64,000 nucleotides of DNA from Nageia nagi (taxonomy: Eukaryota > Plantae > Pinophyta), in the NCBI GenBank assembly GCA_050084985.1, contig JBITNC010000001.1, forward strand, positions 172,918,001 through 172,982,000, read 5' to 3'. Each line of letters starts with the position of its first letter. Positions within the stretch are counted from its first letter, which is position 1. A program made the position numbers and the translations under genes. This document shows positions 11,945-23,310 of this stretch, piece by piece. Under the pieces are notes generated by a model. That model searched no databases and was not told where the DNA came from. It saw only the letters and a list, made by a program, of their open reading frames with translations.

Positions 11945-13700
11945 ATGGACCCATGTTCATGACTACACTATAGAAGGATTGATCCTAGGAGAGAACCAAC
12001 TGAGAGAATACCATCCTTATAGAGAGTAGGCTAGAAGAATTATCAATTGTTAGACATATCTAAAAATATTTACCTCTACTCACCACATTGGTCGAGAGGT
12101 GGGACTTGAACTGTAATATATTTCATCTACCCCCATGTGAGATGATAGTTACACTTTAGGATGTGTATTAGATATGGGGAATCCCTATTAGACGGAAACT
12201 AGTCCATCAAATGGAGGTGGTAGATAGCCAGGTATGGTAGAAACTAGCTCTCTGGATGATAGGCGAAGAAGATCATGATTGGGAGCATCGAAAAATGTAG
12301 CTGGTAGATGTCTGTGACTTTGCCCAACTAGGAAAGCATATGAGACTCTTGATTCCTATCATTATCATGATATACCTATGTTTCCATAAGAGCAACTCTT
12401 CATTTCCATTAGGTCTCATGTGGATCATATAGGAGATTTGTGCTAGGGGCACACAATTTGCATGGGGTCCCATAGTGTTGGCCCAATTGTATAAAGATCT
12501 ATACAATTTTATGAGCATTAATAAATTCAACCTCACCATTGCTCATATGGGACTACTACAAGTATGGGTGTATGAGAAGATATCCATGATTAGGCCCATC
12601 AGACTATAGAGAGCTCAAGGGGATCAGAATGATATTACTTTAACATGTTGGGTTTCTAGGATAAGAAAGTATATGTAACCCCATTCATTGGAGGCCCGAA
12701 GGAGGGAGATAGAATAATTTTAGGCAACTAATGTTGTTTGGGTGTCTTATTCTAATATGGTATGGAAGGAGGATGCCCATCATCTTGAATGGGTTCAACA
12801 TGAGTGTTTCCTCTAAACTAAGAGGAAGCTTGCAGAGCCTTATTTGCCTTAGCTAGTTCTTTGATAGTTTAGGATCTTACAAGATATGATAGTAGTGCCT
12901 ACATGTTATAGGTGTTACATGAATGATTAGGATGCCCTTAATGGATCACAAATAATACCAACATGGAAGGTGACTTGGGAGGAACCCCAGGTTTATGACG
13001 AACCAGCTTAGGTATCCATGGCACTAGGAGTAGCCCCAAGATACATGGCCTAGTGGTACAAGGTTTGTCTAGATGATCTCAAAATGGACAAAGATGAGGA
13101 AGAAGCTAGTGAGGGGTTGTTATATGATGACCCCTTATAGGTCAACACCCAATGCATGACATTCCAATGCATGGGAATGAGGCAGTGCCTAGGTTGATGA
13201 CTCTTGTGAAGGCTGTGCCATTGTTGGCACCAAATAAAAATCAATCCATACCTTCAATTTTTTTACCATTTATTATTCATATGGATTAAGGTCTAATTAT
13301 TGGTTTCATAATTTTCAAGGGTAGTTGACCCCAAGGTAGTGGCCCTAAAGGTCAATATCAAGAGGCTAATTCCTTTTGAGGGCCACGTGTCTAAGATGCA
13401 GGCCATTATATCAGCTAAGGATGCCCAGATTACCACTTTGGAGTGCTCTATAAAGAGCCTCTAAGAGAGACTTAACATGCTACCACTCAATGAATAATGA
13501 GCATTCATGTAGAACCAAACCAAGATATTAGAGCAAAAGGAGGTAGAGATTGCCACTTTAAGGGGCAAATATGAGAGGGAAAAATTACTTTTATCCTCTA
13601 AAGGGATCAATACCAATGCCATTTCTAGTAGAGTGTCTATATCAAGACCTAGTGGTAATAGTCAATGGACCTAACCTAGGACTAAGGATACTGCTAGTAA
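11945..13700 (+). pseudogene. Plant mobile domain (PMD, aminotransferase-like) protein relic, antisense to gag
   Basis: LVERWDLNCNIFHLPPCEMIVTL*DVY*IWGIPI (~12088-12190), AWGPIVLAQLYKDL (~12460), GLLQVWVYEKISMIRP (~12550). An acidic tract (~13085) and a coiled-coil-like tail follow. Confidence 0.88.
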
Positions 13701-14599
13701 TGGCATATATATATATATATTATGTTGTCTCAAAACTTATGTTAAAATGTGTTTGATGCATTTTATTTATTTTGTGAATGAATATGAATGGTTATTTTTA
13801 TTATTGCATAATATGTTTGATAAAATAGGTAAACTCACAAAGTACAAATTTTAATTTGTTTAATAATAAGCAAAGAACCCATTTAGTAAAAGATCAAATA
13901 TTCCATGGTTAAACTTTAGTGAATCCAAATAATACACTTCAATACACCTTCATGCAATAAATAATTGATAATTCACAATCAATAATGAAATCAAGAAGCA
14001 AACCTCCTAGCTAGGTTTCAAGGTACCAAATAAGGTAGAAACAAATAAGACCAAGTTTTTTCTTGTTAACAACCTTTAATGCACATTATGATCACCTCAA
14101 AGAGTTACAAAAACACTATCCATTTAAACTCTATTGTAGGAAATGCACACCATCAATGACACGAAGATAGGGGAACATTGCTAGTGGCATGAAAATCAAT
14201 AATGTGAAGGGGTTTTTTAAAAAAATAGTAGAAGAATATATCTACAATATGTATACAAAGTAATGATTTTATGCATGCAATAGATAATAATTCATAATTT
14301 TTGGACATAAAAAACACCCTAACTAATATACACTATGATTATAACCTATTCATTTCAACCAATAACTTTACATGACTGGAGTGTTTTATGAACCTAGACA
14401 CATTTTACAAAGGTAAGGATGAAGATATGTACCCATGTTTTCATGTTAATCACATCATGGGTAGTGTGGGAATTATGATGTACACCATTAACAACATTGG
14501 TTTCCTTTGACTTAGTACCAATATTTGACTTTCTGACTTAGTACCAATATTTGACTTTCTAGATCTATATCCATAAGACTTAGGAAAATAATGATTTAC

Positions 14600-16700
14600 G
14601 CATGACAAAGCACTTATCATACCAATAGATCCCCTTGGTTGTGAAGGTGGAAATGGATTTGTGAAGATCACCAATCATCCATTATCAGGATGTACAAGTC
14701 TATCATCTTGAACATGGTCATCATCCATTCATATTGCCTTTTCATCAATGAAATCCTAAATGATGTTCCTCAAGGTCCTGTCATTTCTTGTTAAACACCC
14801 TATTATCCTATGATAATTGCAAAATTCCTCATATCAAAAATGTTTAGATGCACCCTTAGGAAACTTAGGTTCAACAATAGGTGGAAGCTCAATGAGATAT
14901 TTTAATAAAATATTAAGAATATTATCAATAGTATCAATCAATGGTGTAAACTTTCTTTTAGGTTTAGGGTTAGCTTTATGTTTATGATCAACATTATTCA
15001 CCTCAAGTTTCTTATTAGTGTTAGGAATATTAACCTTTTTATCATATGTTTGAGGTTTGTAACTATGCATAGCATATAGTTTTTTAATACAAGCCTTTTT
15101 TTTTAACAAAACATCCACCATTTCACCCAGTATCATATCATGATTAAAAATAACCAATAGCTTATACATAAGCAATAAAGTATTTGGAAATGTATCTTTA
15201 AAATCTTGCTCAAGCATTGTAATTTTATTACCAGTATGCTTCCATATTTTCACAAAATCATGTACAAATTGGTTGGGAAATTGCTTGATTTTACAAAAAT
15301 ATTTGAAATGATCCTTTTTAGTGATATTATATTTGAAATACTATAAAAATTGACAAACCAAATCCTCATATCTATCAATTATTTTTTTATAAAGAAGAAA
15401 ATACCATTTCAATGCATCATCTTTCAAGCTATGTGAGAATAATTTAGCAAGTAGATCTCTATCATGCATATATTCCATAGCTTCTTGAAATTTTCTAACA
15501 TGCATCTTAAGATCTTGAAAACCATCAAATTTTGTAAATTTAATACTCTTTTTCCTAGTAAACATTTTATAAAGAATTCTATTTGTTTAAGGTCTTTTCA
15601 AACAAAACAAAAAATCATCATCACCTTTATTAAGCAAGTCATTTTCTAATTTCTTTATTCATTCCTTAGTTGAAGTAACAACATGGGATGCTTGGTTATG
15701 ACTATTAACTATTAGGGGTGGTGGAGGGGTTTGAGGTGGAACCATTGCATTTCTAAGTTAATTCTCCTTGAGTACAAGGAAAGGTCTAATTTTATTTACT
15801 CTTTCATGTTCTAATTTATCAAGCAATTTCATCAAAAATTCTAGTTGCTATGTATAAGGTTCCAAATGAAAGGGGATAGTATCTTGAATATTTTGAAGAA
15901 AGTCAACTTTAATATTATGTTCATCTAAGGACCAATCAATATTTTTCTTTAGGTATCATTAATAAGTTTTACTTGTATTTTAATCTGAGCATCATGATCA
16001 TCATCTTGTATAATATCCTTACCTTTAGAAAGTTTACCTCTTGTAAAATGATTAGGTTTTAGGATGAGGTGTTCATAATCATCATCTTCATCCTCTGTAC
16101 CACTATCTTCAACAACTTCCTCACCTATAGGTGGTGGGATATCATCATTCACATCAAGAGGAGATTCTATCTCGATCTCATCCATGCCTTCAATGGTGTG
16201 TTCATAGGAAGATACACTATTAGCAGCATCTATATTCATGGCAAGAGTCCTCTGTCATGTAGATCCTACATTCTCATATGAAAATAAACTATTCGATGAT
16301 TTCAAGGCTATAGAGTTTTCCTCTAAGAGCTCATAATTTGTTAGCATATCAATAATAGTTTCAACATTATGAGTAAGAAAATATTCCAATATTTATCTAT
16401 CAGATAGCACTTCCTGTATAGAGCTAAAACAAATAGGAATTATATCTAATTTAGGAACTTGATTATTACTTTTATCAAAATCATGAATATTCAAGCTTAC
16501 ACTTTTGAATTTCAATTGATCAACATTAGGAACAAATCTATTGGGAGTTTTACCAATAATATCCATTTTCTTACTAGAGCTTGTAGACTCAGTATCACTA
16601 CAAGCATCAAGATGAGGTTCTTGTAGAGGTAGGTCAGGATTATGCCTACCACTTCTTTGAACATCATCGAAATGAACCTTCCCTTTAGACACCTATTTTC
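14600..16700 (-). pseudogene. gag relic (retrotransposon gag domain and Tat-type Cys/His knuckle) with acidic N-terminal region
   Basis: KFDGFQDLKMHVRKFQEAMEYMHDRDLLAKLFSHSLKDDALKWYF (15341-15565); KRKFTPL..LIELPP (14834-15253); EFCNYHR..LRNII*DFIDE (~14740-14825). Confidence 0.85.
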
Positions 16701-16862
16701 TACATTTAGATCCATCTTTTGAACATAAGTAGAACATACCCTAGTTTTATCATTTTATCTAGCTATTATTTGAAGAGCTTCATGTAAAGGGATGAATAAT
16801 AATGAAAGCAAATTCATGACTTTTCAAAAGGATTCCCTAGGTGAACACCTATGTGTGTAAGA

Positions 16863-16877
16863 ATGTCGAGTTCACCA
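16863..16877 (-). other. Primer-binding site resembling the plant tRNA-Trp 3' end
   Basis: Minus strand TGGTGAACTCGACAT versus TGGTGAACCCGACGT, the complement of plant tRNA-Trp(CCA) as recalled from memory; two transitions. Confidence 0.7.
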
Positions 16878-16880
16878 AAA

Positions 16881-17604
16881 GCTAGACCCAAAAATCTATA
16901 ATTAATAAATAAATAGATAAATGGTCTATGAGTAAAATGATAAGTAGCTCTATATTAGATTATAACAAATATACATGAACATATAAAACCTAATACAGAG
17001 CGAGGCAAGTTGCTAGTATGTGCACAAACCTCAAGAGTAGAAAAATAATGAATCTTCAGAGGATAGTGATCAAATTTTAGAGGAGTTCACAATAGATATT
17101 TGTTAGAATGTTACCATGATTCGTACCTCAAAATCTAGACCTCTCGATCTAGAAGGCATACATCTTTGGCTGCATAGAAGTGGTATGCTAATGATGGCAT
17201 TGGATTCATAGTTTCTTGTGTCATGCAAGAGAGAGATAGTAGAGATTATAGAGTATAACAAATTATCATGATAGATGGCATCAAGAGACACTGTGGGTAT
17301 AATGTTTGGGATACCCACCTATCAAAGAGATTCGATAGGGATGTCAACCTTCACCTTTCGTATTTATAACCTACAAGGAAATAGAAAGGAGTGAAACTTG
17401 ACACATAGCAATAACAATAATCATTTCTATATTCACTATAATTTAAAATATAAACCATGGTATATGATATAACATTGTTCCTAGCAAATGGTGGTGCATT
17501 GTAATATCACTTTATCTTGATTTATGTATTATTACCTTTTAATCATTAAATTAATCTAGATATGGTTTATTAAATAAATAATAAATCATTTTTAGGCATC
17601 TACA
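16881..17604 (-). repeat. 5' LTR of the nested Tat-like element
   Basis: Direct repeat of 9088-9819; ends GGCATCTACA and abuts the PBS. Confidence 0.92.
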
Positions 17605-19714
17605 CTATCATTACAATCCATAACTTACAAACCTACAATTTGCAAATTGATTTATAACTTGCAAATATGAATTACAATTTATACAAGTGGTTTACAATTA
17701 CAAACTAATTTTTAACTTGCAAAATTGATTTACAATTGAATTCCATATGTATAAAAGTTTATAATTGATAAATTACCTTTTTTTTGCAAGTTTAACCTTC
17801 TTAAGATGAATTGTTTTGCAAGCATTTGGACAAACAATATTATGCCAATGTTTTATGCAAATAAAGGTAAAATTTAATCCAACTTCATGAAATTATCTAA
17901 AGCTCAAATTTGTGGAGTTTAGATGTATGCATAGGTATGTTTAGTTAATGGAAACTTTATTCCAAAATGCTTAAGTTGCACATAAAGGTATTGTGATGTA
18001 GATGTGTACATTGTTTGAAGTGGATATCGTTTTACAATTATTGGTTATGAACTTGTTATCTTTTTTTGTTGTGCACACTTTACATATCCTTAAATGGAAG
18101 TGAAAAATTGTGAAAATCTTCTCCAAATTTAATTTATTGTGCATATTTTTGATATCTTTGTTTGGAGTGATAAGTTGTGTAAACCTCCTTCCATTATTAA
18201 TTGTGCAAAGATGGATATTTTGTATATCACCTTTTTTATGCATAGGTAAATATTTTTTATTTATCACCTTTGTTATGCATAGGTTAATATTGTTGTAATG
18301 AATTAGCTAAGCTAAATTTGTAGAACTTAGTAATATGCTACAATTGCTAATGAAGTTACCCTTGAGGAGGAGTGTTATTAACTTCATAACAAAGCATATT
18401 TTTTCAAATACAAAAATGTTTTTATCAAGGAGGAAATTTTTATGAAACTTTGTGATCAAAATAAAACTCCTTTGATATTTTCACCTAAACACTAATCGCA
18501 TGGGTTGGTGAAATTATCCTCAAGAAAGATTGAAGTATGAATTCTTTTCTTGACTACTTCATCCTTAGGAGGGTTGATGTATTGTTGGTCATATTAGTTA
18601 TGCATATATTTGTTATAAATTGATCATATAATAAGTAATTAAGTATTGGCTTAGCATATTTATGATGGCTTATAGTGCACCATTTGATACTATTTTAGAA
18701 AGTTTATATTTTTAATCCATGTTTATGGATTTATTCTTGAAATATTAGGACTTGGGGTTAAAAATACAAAGATCTTAAAATAAATATTTGTAGTCATAAA
18801 TAAGGCTAAATAATATGACTTTGAAAATCCTTGTTGAAAAATAGTTACCCTTGATCCTTACTTAAATTAAGGCTTGGATGTTGATTCTTACAACCTATAG
18901 GATTAACAATATTGAGAAAATTTCCTTACAATTAGTTAAAGAAATCCCTCTATAACCTTAAGAAGATTACTAGAGTTTAGTTTAATAAAATCTCAAGGTA
19001 TTTGAAAAAAAAATCATGTACTTTTCAAAGTCAAGATCTTCATAAGAAACCAAAAGAGTTGGTATTATTTTTTTCCAACCTGATCTTGTATCCATATTAA
19101 GGTATACATGCCTCAAATTTTTATGATTTCCAAAATATTCATGATTATTGGTTTTGGATGAAATAAGTATGATGCTAATAGTGGAATGTGTTGTTATTTG
19201 GTGAATTGAGTTGGCTTATTAATCATTATGATGAGATAGATCTCACTTTCATAATAGGAATAGTATAAGACTCTTATCTCATACACTTCTTGTTGATAAT
19301 TCTTTATTTTTTTAAGATTGGCTTAAATATCTTCCTAATAATACAATCATGTTAAGGGAGTTGAAGAGAAGAGGAAGTTGAAAACTTTCAAGTAAAAGGA
19401 GATGACACATGTTCAAAATTCTTGTGGATGGAAGATATGAAGTTAGAATGCTCTTATGAAAAATAGAACTTGGGACTTATTTCCTTATTCAATTTAAGAG
19501 GTATGTAATTGTAAAGAAATAGGCTAAGTATAACTCAAATTTAATGTGAAAAGTCTTTTTGGTGATTTAGATGACTTGGTATTAACCCTACTTTATGTGG
19601 ATATTTTTTATGGTTTTCATCAATGATTACATATAAAAACTCAATATACAATAAGAGATTATACATAACTTTATATGAAATGATTGTCCCTACCTTAGTC
19701 AATCCAAATAAATC

Positions 19715-19930
19715 CTAAATACATGCCATAGTATTTACTTCCATGATAAGGAAGTTATATCCATGTTTATGTATAGGTGCCATATATTTACTTCCATGTT
19801 AGGAAAGTTATATCCATGTTTATGGATAGATACCACATATTTACTTCCATATTAGGGAAGTTGTATCCATGTTGATGGATTGCTTTCCACTTTATTACTT
19901 CCATGTTGGAAGACTGTATCCATGTTGACA
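19715..19930. repeat. ~53-bp tandem repeat, 4 copies
   Basis: TTACTTCCAT recurs at ~19734, 19787, 19840, 19894; each unit contains a GAAGTTATATCCATGTT-like core. Confidence 0.9.
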
Positions 19931-19954
19931 TGTTTTTTAATGGATACCTTCCTT

Positions 19955-20270
19955 ATCTAAGATTACAATATTATTGAAGAAGACCTTAAAATATTCAAAT
20001 CAACATATTTGTAAATAGATAAGGACCTATGATTCTTGACTAGTGGTATGGTCAAGTGAGCATTTGATGCTTGTGGCTATGCATCTCGAATTGTGGTAAA
20101 ATTTGTATTTTGTGGCTTTTTCTTCATCTAGATTACAATATTGTTGAAGAAGATTTTAAAATACTCAAATAAAAATATTTGTAAATAGATAAGTACCTAT
20201 GATTCTTGACTAGTGGTATGAAAGTAAGCATTTGATGCTTGTGGCTATGCACCTTGACTCGTGGCATAAT
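19955..20270. repeat. 170-bp tandem duplication
   Basis: GATTACAATA at 19961 and 20131, each followed by ~140 aligned nt. Confidence 0.9.
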
Positions 20271-20639
20271 CAAGTTGGCATTCAATGGCTTGTGGCTTGG
20301 TTAAGATAATATGTATGTTGGCATAAAAAGTAGTTAATGAAAAAATTAATTACTTTACTTAATTTGTCTATGAAGTAAGCCTTTATTTAGATGAAGTTAC
20401 CCTCAAGGGGAGAATTATTTTGAAATGATGTCAAATTCATTATAAAAGCATATTTAATATCAACTTGCATACAGAAAGGCTACAAAATTTTTTTATTATA
20501 AATAGACCATAGCATAAATTATATCATCTCTTAGGATGGTAAAGTTATCCTTAAGGGGAGTGAAGTATAAATTCTTAGGCATTATTAAATTAAATACTTC
20601 ACCTCCAAGAGGATCTTTTGTTGTATAATATTGATATTT

Positions 20640-21210
20640 TTGTGTGTATTATTAGCACTGTTTAGTTATCCATGTGTGATCAAATAGTATGTGCATTGTC
20701 AAAATTATTTAGTTATCCATGTATGAGGAACTAGTATGTGCATTGTTAGCATTATCTAGTTATCTCCATGTGTGATGAACTAGTATGTGTATTATCATCA
20801 CTATTCAGTTATCCATATATAAGGAACTAGTATATGCATTGTTACCATTATTTAGTTATCCATGTGTGAGGAATTGGTATATGCATTGTTAGCACTATTT
20901 AGTTATCCATGTATGATGAACTAGTATGTCCATTGTTTAGTTATCCATATGTGAAGAACTAGTATGTGCATTGTTAGCACTATTTAGTTATCCATGTGTA
21001 AGGAACTAGTATGTACATTGTTAGCACTATTTAGTTATCCATGTGTCATGAACAAGTATGTGCATTGGTATAATTGTTTAGTTATCCATGTGTGATGAAC
21101 TAGTATATGCATTTTTAGCACTATTTAGTTGTCCATGTGTGAGAAACTATTATATGCATTGTTAGCACTATTTAGTTATCCATATGTGAGGAACTAGTAT
21201 GTGCATGTTA
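20640..21210. repeat. 47-bp minisatellite, ~12 copies
   Basis: Core AGTTATCC(AT) at 20664, 20711, 20758, 20807, 20854, 20901, 20939, 20986, 21033, 21080, 21127, 21174. Unit TATTTAGTTATCCATGTGTGAGGAACTAGTATGTGCATTGTTAGCAC. Confidence 0.95.
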
Positions 21211-21578
21211 TTTAGGTATAAGTTATCATATGTTCTATTTTTTGATGATGATGATCAACATATATTTTATTTATACAAAAACTTGTAGGTTTCTTCTAGA
21301 TATTACTAGTTACATACTTCAGATATGTTGGCTCATGGAAGCTCATCATGTCAACTTATATTTGAGTTACTACTTATTATATATTGAAACCATTTATGAT
21401 TGACATTTATTGTACTGTAAACTATTTCTTAAAATAGTTAAGTAGTTAAGTCTTATCTAGATTTATTACTTCTCAAGATGTAAAGTTCTCATCTCCAATT
21501 GTATTTTTGGAGGAGAACTCTCTTATAGTCTCTCTCTATCTTCTTTTCTCTCTACCACAATATTGCATTAAGGGGGAG

Positions 21579-22134
21579 TGTTAAAACAAATAATGTATTA
21601 TTGTGTAAGGTATATAAAAATTCAAATATCTTCTCCTAATGTAAATCACTAATTAATCCACTTAAATAGATAAATGTATCCTTGAATACCTTTTAAGTAT
21701 TTAATGAATTTAAAATAGTAAGACTTATTCTATACTCATTCTACTTATAGGATATATTTATCCTTTGGTTCAAGGATATGCTTATCCTTTTGTTTATGGC
21801 ATTCCCCTTGGGTAAAAGGTTGAGAAAAAGTGGAATTTTCTTTATAAATTAAGGGATGTCCTTTAGCATTCTTTACTAGTTGAAAGCATTGTAATGCTCT
21901 TAGTGTGTAGAAAAATAAGATGAGAGAGAGAGTGCTAGTGTTGAATTGTAAGAGTGTGCTCTTGAGAAGTAATAAGATCTATATTAAATTAGAGTACTCT
22001 TTAGTTGAGAGGAACCACTATACAACCTTATCTCTCTCTTTGTGTTTGTGATTGTGTTATATTAAATTAAAGATTAGGAGGATTACATCCAAGGTGATCT
22101 TAGGTGGAGATAAATGTCTACTTCATCTCCTTCA
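21579..22134 (+). repeat. 3' LTR of the copia element (556 bp, normal structure)
   Basis: Follows PPT AAGGGGGAG (21570-21578); TGTTAA...CCTTCA; followed by TSD TCATT. Confidence 0.93.
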
Positions 22135-22299
22135 TCATTTGCTCTTCCCATAAAACTCAAAATGTTACAAGTACCAGCCAAAGTTTCCCCAAGTATTTGG
22201 CTAATATTCTAAGTGATCTACCCCTTTGGCTCTACTTTGCCTAAAAATTTGAAATGTTATAAGTGTTGGCCTAATGTTCCAAGTGTTCTATCCCCTAAA

Positions 22300-23310
22300 C
22301 TTGATTGTAAATTCCCTGATAAACATAGATGCAAAATGTGAAAGAATAAACATGGACCAATAATTATTTGACAACATGCATGATGTAGACATAATTTTAT
22401 GTATCTATTGGGTTCTTGTAAATCACATAAGAATGTAGGAATAGGGGAATTTATGCATATGTACAAAATGAGTTTTCTAAAAAGGTTAACTTGGGGGATC
22501 TTTGAACTTTACTATCAAAATACCCATAAAACCTTGATTAGGTGTGTGGATGTGTCTACTTGGTGCTTGTAAATAAAATGTTATGGTTTTAAATACCCTA
22601 ATAGGAATGTATGCAAAATTTGGAAATGTTGGATTCTGGTCTCTATGATAAAATGGAAATGCTACAAGTGTTCTACCTCGTTAGTTGTTCCTCTCAAAAA
22701 ATTCAAAATATTACAAGTACCTACCTAAGTTCCCCTTGTAAGATGTTACAAGTGTTAAAAATCAATCCAAAATTGATAAGTTGATCTCACCCATCATGTA
22801 TTGTGAAATGATGTGACTATACCATATGATATGAAATGAATTAAATATACTATATGATATGAAAAAATGATGAAGCTTTGAACTTTTAGTGTGGATGTAT
22901 TTGCTTGATGTTTGTAAATCACATAAGAATGTAGGAATAGAGGAGTTTGTATATATAGCAATAATAATTTTTTTGTTGAAGCCTAAATATGTTGCATCTT
23001 ATGTTCTACTTTCAAATACTTATGTTGAAGTGGGCAATTGCATTTCCAAGTATAATACTTGTGTCTGATAAGATGTTAAATATTGCAAAGATTAATTTAA
23101 ATACACAAGGACCAAAAATTATTTGATAATATGCATGATGCAAACATAATTTCATCGAATACAATGCACAAAATGGATTTTCTCAAAAGACTAACATGAT
23201 GTAACATAGTTTCATGGATTGCAATGATTGCAAGATATGCACTAAATATATTGCATCTTATGTTCTACTTTCAAATATTCATGATGAAGTGGGCAATTAC
23301 ATTTCCAACA
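22300..23310 (+). pseudogene. Shuffled PLS/E-class PPR fragments (S, P, E1 and E2 motifs)
   Basis: NSLINIDAKCERINMDQ*LFDNMHD (~22310), LLGSCKSHKNVGIGEF (~22405), WMCLLGACK (~22547), and a duplicated YVLLSN.Y.EVGN E2 motif (~22985 and ~23250). Confidence 0.85.

Larger units (their letters stand above)
9088..17604 (-). mobile_element. Pol-less Tat-like Ty3/gypsy LTR element (8.5 kb) with gag and an antisense PMD gene
   Basis: LTRs 9088-9819 and 16881-17604; TSD CTATT (9083-9087) / CTATC (17605-17609); PBS and PPT on the minus strand; gag motifs present; no PROT, RT, RH or INT motifs seen. Confidence 0.9.
18420..21450 (+). pseudogene. Vestigial copia INT, RT and RH fragments interleaved with tandem repeats
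   Basis: FMKLCDQNKTP..SP...HGL (~18440-18510, INT-like); KNRTWDL and LLYVD (~19460-19605, RT-like); DDQHIFYLYKN (~21250, weakly RH-like). Very short and heavily deleted. Confidence 0.5.
6225..22134 (+). mobile_element. Non-autonomous Ty1/copia-derived LTR element with an aberrant 5' LTR; contains nested element 9088-17604
   Basis: Identical 5-bp TSD TCATT (6220-6224 and 22135-22139); PBS TGGTATCAGAGCC; PPT AAGGGGGAG; vestigial INT, RT and RH pieces in copia order. Confidence 0.9.

Noticed and set aside
17610-17770. Telomeric repeat tract
   Set aside because: Degenerate TTACAA/TTGCAA low-complexity sequence, not TTTAGGG arrays.
20640-21210. CRISPR-like array (also considered for 44411-44780 and the 111-bp arrays)
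   Set aside because: Units are contiguous with no unique spacers, there are no cas genes, and the context is eukaryotic retroelement DNA.
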